Source: Lama glama (Eukaryota). From it: 64,000 nucleotides of DNA. Both the position numbers and the translations under genes were made by a program. Positions 56,071 to 64,000 of this stretch are shown one piece after another. Numbering within the stretch: the first letter of the stretch is position 1; every line of letters begins with the position of its first letter. The notes beneath the pieces were generated by a model. The model was not told where the DNA came from and ran no database searches. It saw nothing but the letters and a program-made list of their open reading frames with translations. The stretch covers positions 42,162,001-42,226,000 of the forward strand of contig CM052817.1 in NCBI GenBank assembly GCA_028534125.1, written 5' to 3'.

Positions 56071-59000
56071 TAGGGAAAAAAAATCAATAACTATGACAGT
56101 TCACGATATTCAAATACATTTAAAATGCTTTTGACATATTTTATTAAGGCACTCCACTTCTAGATTCTAATTAACTCAAAAATACAAATAGAAAATTTGC
56201 CTTAAATTATTCATTTAATTTACTGAAATTTTATAATCTTGACATCCATTGTCCAATGCTCTATTTGCATTTGCACGATAATTATACTTAATAATATTAT
56301 TATTCTTTTCTTTTTCTTTATTTGGTTGGGATTGTAGTTTAAGAAAATCAAATCCATTTTCAATAAACAATTACAGCTTTGTGATATTTTGTGAGAAAAC
56401 TAAAGTGGTGGTGCTAGGTTACAATTAAGTGCCAGATGTTTATTTCTTAACATTAATTTGTTGGACTACAAAAGAAGACGACCTTTAGAGGCTCACTTGT
56501 TTTTGAAAGCAAATTCAGTTGAGTGGAAGGACATTGAAAAGGAGGCTAAAATGGTTACGATTTGAGACTAAATGTACCGTCAGTGTAAATTATCATGAGT
56601 AAATGCACAATTTCTCAGTTATATCTCATTTTACCACAAATATATATAATAAGTCCTAATTTATTTGGAAGCAAATTTTTGAATATTTACTGTGTCCAAG
56701 ACACTATTCTGATGCTGGGTTACAAAGATGAATCTAGTATTCTTGACTTTTCTGAGCTCACAATTTTTACGCATATGTGTTTGTAGAATCAATAGAACTG
56801 ATAGAGCTTTCTTTTTTTCCTATTCCTGTTGCACAGGGAAATATTTTACTTGCCACTCTGGAGTTTCAAAAAATCAAATAGAACAAATACAGACTTACCA
56901 TGCTTGACAGGTCTATTTAACATTTCAGTTAATGAAACAAGAGAATGGGTAAATAGGACTAATATGAAATAATATATGCATCTAAGTGAAAAACATGTTG
57001 GGACTCAATTTCTTTAGATTCTGAAACAAATGGTACATTTATTATTACTTTATCCCATAATTTCAGAGCACTTTTTATGGAAAAATCTACTCATCCTTTA
57101 AGAAAGCATTAAATGATTATTCTGAGTTTATGCTGAACAAAAGAAAGAGAGGCACATAAACTTTTGTTTCATATCCCAGTCCATTTTTGGGTGTGTTTCT
57201 GTGTTACAGTGAAAAAGGAAGACTTGCTAATATGATTTATTGTGAAAATCACAAGATGCAGAGGAGCTTAGGTTGTCACTTGGGTTTTTGTTTCGCAATT
57301 TGTGATACGGACATGATTTCACCAACAGGATAATCAGTAACTCATCTGTTATGTGTGGAGCTGAGACGAGTAAAAGACAACAATCATAACTTACATTCGC
57401 CCCCAGATTTATTAGAGTAAAAGTTTGTTTAGAATCCATCGCTTGTGCTTAGACTGCTCCCTTGTTTGCCAAGGAAGAGAGAACCCATATTTAGAAATGG
57501 GTCAGTGCAGAACATGCCGTATTGAGCAACTGGTATTTTGGAGCTCCAAGCATTTTTTAAAAAATAAACAAACCAAAACATGTGATTACAAGTTACAGTT
57601 GTTTTTCATTGAAGTATTACCTCTTAGAGAAAAATATATTTGGTAGGGATGTTTGGCAGCAAGATAGAAAGTAAAAATCATATGTCTGAATATTGAAAGG
57701 TAAAAAGCAAACAAGAAAAGATTGTGAGAAACATCTTTCTAGTTGTTTTAGCTGCTTATTTTATGCACATGTAGGCTGATTACTAAAGCTTCATTTTGAA
57801 GGGGACTTTTGGGGGGGAACTAGTGATGTTCAGTGATTTTTCCTCATGAAATTTAAATTTGGAATGCTTCATATTTGGGATGAACTCAGTGCTGAAAGCG
57901 TCTCAGTGAAGCAGAAAAAAAATAGTTTGCTTTTTTAGACTGTATTATTATGCTCACTGATATTTTCTGACATGCTGTATGTTATGGAAATGAGCAGGTT
58001 CTATTTGTTAAGGATACACTGAGGGTACTTGTAAATTATCTGCAAGGTACTGGTGTAGGTGATGTTACATACTCAAAGTCACTGTTAGAAAATTATTGCT
58101 AGAATGAGTATTTTGAATTTTGAATAGAATTTTTAAAATGTTGAAGATGTTTGGCTAGCATATTGAATTTAAGTGTGAAGAGATCGTCTATTTGGGGGTA
58201 AAAATCCTTTTATTTAGAATTGACCTTAAAAAAGGAGGTCACAAAGGCAACCATTCAATGGGATTTAATATACTTTTCCTGTTTCCACATATCCTGTCTA
58301 GAATTAGCCCTTTTTGAAAAAGAAGAAACATATCTTAAATTTGTTTATTTTTGTGTTGTTTTTATTGTTTCTTTCTCTTTAAAAACAATTTTTTTTCCAT
58401 TTGGCTCAGTGCATTGATTACCAAAAAATTGAACTGTCCAAATAAGTTTTCCTTTCATTGTGTGTGACCAAAAGATTAGTTCAAGTAGCCCCTCATTAAA
58501 CTCTGTATTTTTAAATATGTTTAACAGTTCATTGTCATGCACCCCATTTATTTGTTTTGTAGTCTGAATGCTTATGCTTTTTATTAGAAAGTTTTACATT
58601 TAATTTTCAGTTAATTCAATAAACATTAATTGAGCAGCTGCTGTTATAACATATTGTGCTGTATATTTTTTATATTAGATTGGTTTTGAATGTGAGGTAT
58701 TATCATTCATTTAAAACATATTTACCTAGTTTCTTCTGGAAAGGGCTCTATTCTACTTTCCAAGAGTATCTTTCCCATTGCCATTTAGAAATCGGAAAAA
58801 ATATAGATTTTAAAAATCTATCTTGGTTTATAATTAGTTGTAGGAAGTGGGCTTTTGTTTGTTTGTTTTGTTTACACTGGATGCTTGATCTTCAAATCAT
58901 AAGACCTAGATATTTCTCACAAATTTAATATTAAACATCAAAGACACTGTGGGTCCTAAATAATATTTTGACTTCATCCCCTCATCTTAGCTAATTCCAT

Positions 59001-59964
59001 GCTAAATTTTGTCTTAGATATATCCTGACTGCAATTCTCCACTAATTAATCCCATTTTATCTTCAGGGCCAGAAGAAAAGGGCCACAGCAATATCCATTG
59101 TATGCATTTCTTTCAGGCCATGATATGGCTTTTACTACCTCCTATCAGTTCCATATTTGTTATTATAACATGTGTTCATTATGTAAACATGTTTAGGGAC
59201 TTATAAGAGCTCAATCAAAATATGGGTTCATAGGTATCATAAAATGTCCAAGAAAGAAGAAATCAGGCCTGATGCTATCTGCTTATTTCTACTCTAGATA
59301 GTTCCTTGATAATACTGTCAATTTTCCTGGTTATTATTCAGTAGTTGTAAAGATCTGATCATAACCTGTGGATGAGTAAGATAAGAAATTGTTTTATAAC
59401 CAAGGAGATTCTTGAAAGAGTTATGTCTCTGTCTTAGCAGTGGTCCTCACACCTCCACAAATCTTGCGCATTCTGACTCCGAAGTGCGTGTCTGCCACTT
59501 GTTGCCCTGTGCGCAAATTTAGCCTGTAGTGAAATCGTACAACCTGACCACATAACACTAGATGCAGGCTCAATCCAAATTAATTTGCCTGGAGTATCCA
59601 GGGCGAAACCCCATTCTGGAACTTCATTCAGGCTGGACTTCAGAGGACAGCACAATAGGACCTACTTTGATCTCCTGCCAAACATCTGTATTCTCAGAGG
59701 CCAGCAAGCAGCACAGTCAGAGCTGACTCCTAAGGCTGCATCCAGTCTTGCCGCTAATCAAACTAACCCAGAGGGAGGCGTAAACAACCTTATCTTATTC
59801 TACCCCACTCCCTTGCCAAAATGAGACATTCCATGAAATTTGTGTTTGCAGTGTTCACCCAAACTATTGAGAGTACTCTGATGATCTGAATTGTACAAAT
59901 AACATATTCAAACTGTATACAATAAGTTAGAAGCAACAGAAAATAATTAATGATAATTTGTAAG

Positions 59965-60048
59965 GGTGAATGCTACCGTTCCACACAGTTTAATCCCAAA
60001 CAACTCGGTGAATGCTACCATTCCACACAGTTTAATCCCAAACAACTC
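59965..60048. repeat. 42-bp tandem duplication (2 copies, 1 mismatch)
   Basis: GGTGAATGCTACC(G/A)TTCCACACAGTTTAATCCCAAACAACTC at 59965-60006 and 60007-60048. Confidence 0.95.
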
Positions 60049-60943
60049 ATCAAATGGGAAATACTTGGATTTTTTTACTTTCTTATGAATTGATGGTAGG
60101 CTTTTTATCATACATTTTAAAGGAGGCATTCAAGACAAATACATTTTAAAGAGGACAGAAAGTTTTGATAATGAGTAAGGACAGTAACTGTTATTATAGA
60201 GATTAAATATATAAAACCATCTTTAGGCATTTCATTCCCAGTTTGGGACAATATGCTGGAATGTAGACCTTTTACACTAAGTACTAGAATTTAGAATTCT
60301 ATATATTTCAACCTCTTTTCTTTTATAGATTTTTGCTGGTTTATAAACACAAGTCTTGCCGATGGTCTTGCGTATACCATGAGCTACTCAGCCTAGACCT
60401 CTTCTGCCTAGAAGTTCACACTTTTATCTCCTGCCCAACCTGTGCCCTGTGGGTGCAACTGTAGGTTAAAAATGTTTAAAGACCCTGTGGTTCACAAATG
60501 CAGGAGGGAGAGAAACTAAGAGAAAGAGTTAGAGAGGGGCAGAGCTCCCTCAGGCAGACATGTAGGCCGACTTGATTTTCCAGTGTTGACGCTCCATGTT
60601 GGAACATATTCCTTCCTTGCATTTTTTGCTTTACTAATGGTTATGCTGCCTGAATTTCCATGTATAGTGATTTTCATGGCTTAAAAAAATAACCTCCTGA
60701 GGCTGTAATCCTGTCCAGGTTGTTTGAAGAGTCATCTTTTCACATATCCACATTCACATGTTAGTATGAATGAGTTCATGGAATAAGAACAATTACATTG
60801 AAATAGAATATTTGGGGGAGGTAGGGCAAACCTGGATTGTGATTGTGGTTAGAGAAAAAGCATTTCTGTGCAACTAGAAACCTGGGTGAGACAATGAGAG
60901 GGGAGGGGCAAAGGCTCACTTAGTCTATATCAAAAGTTTGCTA

Positions 60944-61079
60944 GGGGGGAGGGTATAGCTCAAGTGGTAGAGCGCTTGCTTAGCATGCATGAGGTCCTGG
61001 GTTCAAGCCCCAGTACCTCCTCTAAAAATAAATAAACCTAGTTACCTCCCCCCACCAAAATAAAAAAAAAAAAGATAGG
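60944..61079 (+). mobile_element. Young full-length tRNA-Ala-derived SINE (camelid vic-1-like)
   Basis: A box TAGCTCAAGTGG, B box GGTTCAAGCCC, AGC anticodon loop and A-rich tail. Perfect 12-bp TSD AAAAGTTTGCTA at 60932-60943 and 61080-61091. Confidence 0.92.
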
Positions 61080-61799
61080 AAAAGTTTGCTAAAGTCAGCT
61101 TCACATCCAGAAAAAAACAGAAAGATTAAACAAAACCAACAGTGCCAAACTTCTGCCTCCTCACTCTGAATGTCCTTTCTGTTCCCAGGATTCAGGCAAC
61201 TTCTAGAGTGTTTGAACTATGAAACCTCAATACCGTTGACATAGTTACTTTTATGGAAAAAAATGTGTTCTAAGATTGAATACAAAAAACTTTTCTAAGC
61301 GCAGTTTGATTTTAATTTCCAAATTCCTACTATGTTCCCACACCAGTGTCAGGACCCCTGGTAGCTTGTTCTAGTCTTGCTTGTCTTTTAGCTTCTGTAT
61401 GTTGCCAGGAAGTAATAAGTACAAGTGTTTTCTCTGTACAAAACCAAATCTGAGACCAAAGGCAGTAATAAAGTAAGAAAAAATAGAAAAAAATGAATAA
61501 AAAGAGAGAGGGCTCTGAGCATTTGGGTGTCCTGTATATTACTAATTCATAGGATGATCCAAAATTTGAATTTATTCAAAGTCGGTGGTGCTGGGAATTT
61601 TAAAACAAACCTATAAAATCCCCAGTAAAAAAAACAGTGTAAGCCTAGTGACATACTTTTGAAGATAAGAAATAAGCCAGATTGTAGATTATTTTTGATA
61701 GTATAAAAGACATCCAGGCAAAACAGGCAGATAAATTTCACTAGTTTGTTGGATATTAATTTGTCTAATGGATAGACCATTTATCCTAAGCCTGGAGGG

Positions 61800-62065
61800 T
61801 GGCAGGGGACTGGTTAGAAGAATGGAATTTGGGCTCAGTCAGACCTGGGGAGATTTGGCTCTGCTATTTAAAAAACTAATTGTTCTAGGATAATTTAAAA
61901 AAATCTCTCTAAGTCCCAGTTTTCTCACGTATAAAATGGGGATAAAAATAGTATGTATTCTTAAGATTTGGAAGGATTGATTGAAGAAATTCAGATAAAA
62001 TGCTTAGCACAATTTCTGGAATGTAATAAGCACCCAATAAATGGTAGTTATTATTATTGTTGTTA
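61800..62065 (+). mobile_element. MIR SINE
   Basis: 'ctctctaagtcccagttttctcacgtataaaatggggataaaaatagta...aaatgcttagcaca...aataaatggtagttattatt'. Confidence 0.8.
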
Positions 62066-62271
62066 GAATTTGAATTTTTGGCTATGGATATTTGTTCTAA
62101 ATTTAGAAAGTTTAACTTTTGTCATCCATATTAATATTTGAGGATTTAAAAGTAAGGATTGGGTAATAATATATTTTTTTTCATTTGTAAATATTCCTTA
62201 ATACAAATATTACTTTTTGAGTGAACAATTAGTATACTCTTTTCATAGCTAGCATCAAGTTCTTTGCCAAT

Positions 62272-62272
<1 letters not shown>

Positions 62273-62323
<51 letters not shown>

Positions 62324-62342
62324 ATATATATATATCTCTCTC
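62273..62342. repeat. (TATC)n tetranucleotide plus (TA)n microsatellite
   Basis: About 12 perfect TATC units followed by TA and TC runs. Confidence 0.95.
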
Positions 62343-63204
62343 AAATGATGCAATTTTGCATCTAGTGTGTCCATGACTTAGAGTGCCCTGGTTTTGTTAA
62401 TAGCATTTGGCTTATCTTTAAATTTGTTCTATGGTGCTGTTAGCTCTCTCTGATGTCAACTAAGGCCGACCTTTATTGGAAACTATTTTCTGTTTCTATT
62501 GAGACTTAATGAAGACAGACGGCAACATGTATTTGAAGAAACATCTTTACAAGATCCTCTGTTGTACAAATGATGGCTAAGTGCAGAGTATGAAAGATAA
62601 TGCATCAATTATAGATGGGACATCTGATCCAATTTTCAATCAATCAGTAACAGTATTTAATTTGATAAAAATTAACTAGTGTTTAAAATAGTCGTCCCCT
62701 CTATCTTTTGTCATTTAGTGATGACAATTTTAATGTAATAGATCCATTTTGATATCTTGAACATTTGAACTTGTGTAATTACTTGGTGAGAATGGATTAT
62801 GAACTATTTTGTATTTATGGAAATGATTGTTTAAAAATTTAATGATGTAAACTATTTGTATACAAACATTAAATCACAACACCTTTTAGTTGTTCTTTTC
62901 TTAATATAGCAACATGGTAAACTCTCGATGGAAAAATCAGATTTACAACAAATTTTATTTTCTAAACATGCATAAACTTTCTTCTCTCACTTCTCCCCCC
63001 ACCACATTCTCTTGCTCTTTGACTGTTTTTCATGTGGAAATGGTTTTGGTGAACTTAGTTTCAAATTATGGGTCTCAGGATTTCCAATATTTACAATTTA
63101 TTTGAGAGGTTAGATGCTTTTTCACATAAATTAACTTTATTCTGCTTTATCTTAGTCCTTTTATGATTAATAACTGCTTACTGGATAGACATTTTTAATA
63201 TTCT

Positions 63205-63430
63205 CATTAATTCATGCATTCATTCTGTATTTCGTAAGCATTTATTGCTTGTACTGCACGTACAAGACAACATGCTAGTCCTGAAAGGCTTGCACAGTAT
63301 GTCATCCCATTTCTGTACTCAAAGAGTTCATCTTCCAACAGAAGACGTGACTCATACACTCAATATAAGGTCCTATGAAATAAAAAAGATCAAAATAAAG
63401 TTTAGAGAAAGATAAGTGTGTTCTATGTGG
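63205..63430. mobile_element. L2 3' relic
   Basis: 'ttcatgcattcattc...taagcatttattgc...tactcaaagagttcatcttc'. Confidence 0.55.
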
Positions 63431-64000
63431 ATTATGTCAATTGGTAATGCCAGTTTTATGACTCATGGTCTAAACTGCTTGTCTTTCAATGAATGTGTTA
63501 CCTGAATCACTTTTTCTTATCTTATTTTGTTAAAATAATTAAGTACAAATATTCAAGTAATCTAAGTAGATTCTTACATATAATGTATACTTACAAGAAT
63601 ACTGCAATATACATTACTACAAGATATAATTAACATTTAGTTATTCTTAATCTCTGCTTAATGTAATTTAATTTCTTTAATCTTAGACTTGAATAGAACA
63701 TAAATTTCTAAATTATACTGGATATTTTCTTTAAATCAAAATATGTTACAGGGGATAAACAGCGACTGACTTTAGAGCAGTGGACCATCAATGGTCCTTG
63801 TAGGTGTTCATTCTCCAGTTTTAAGGAGCATTCCATAAGAATTAATCATTTGATTTTTACTATTGGAACTTTTCTATTTTAGAAATGTTTGGATGGAATA
63901 TACCAAATTAGAAGAGGAAGTCAACCCACACACGTTTGTTTTAATGTTTTGAGATCTGATTTAAATATGATCAGTATTTGAAGAAGAGAGAAAACCAACA

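Noticed and set aside
59965..60048. CRISPR-like repeat
   Set aside because: Only two directly adjacent copies with no spacer, in a mammalian intron.
60949..61021. tRNA-Ala(AGC) gene
   Set aside because: It has a SINE tail, A-rich end and TSD, no adjacent terminator, and three diverged paralogues in the window, so it is called a SINE.
63782..63797. Small perfect hairpin GGACCAT-CA-ATGGTCC
   Set aside because: A 7-bp stem is expected by chance in 64 kb, and there is no supporting context.
49365..64000. ANTXR2 exon 8 (expected ILAQSCTEILEL-like)
   Set aside because: Not found on reading; probably lies beyond the window rather than being lost.

Overview
Mammalian genomic DNA carrying the 5' half of ANTXR2 (CMG2, anthrax toxin receptor 2) on the + strand. 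The tRNA-Ala-derived vic-1-like SINEs and artiodactyl-type L1 3' ends suggest a camelid (camel/alpaca/llama). The gene has a CpG-island promoter at about 30.2-31.1 kb and coding exons 1-7 (152, 72, 72, 82, 108, 69 and 81 nt). These join in frame into 212 codons covering the signal peptide and most of the vWA domain, with an intact MIDAS. Exon 8 onward was not found and presumably lies past the window end. The first 30 kb is intergenic and rich in L1, L2, MIR, MaLR/ERVL LTR and hAT relics. Almost all ORFs in the supplied track are spurious. I found no convincing novel biological system. The best leads are local: a consensus cryptic splice donor inside exon 5, a candidate 5'-UTR intron, a tandem ATG-ATG start, promoter G4 tracts on both strands, a triple octamer motif, an inverted L1 pair, and a young SINE that still folds like tRNA-Ala. 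Repeat subfamily names and comparisons with human come from recall, not database searches.
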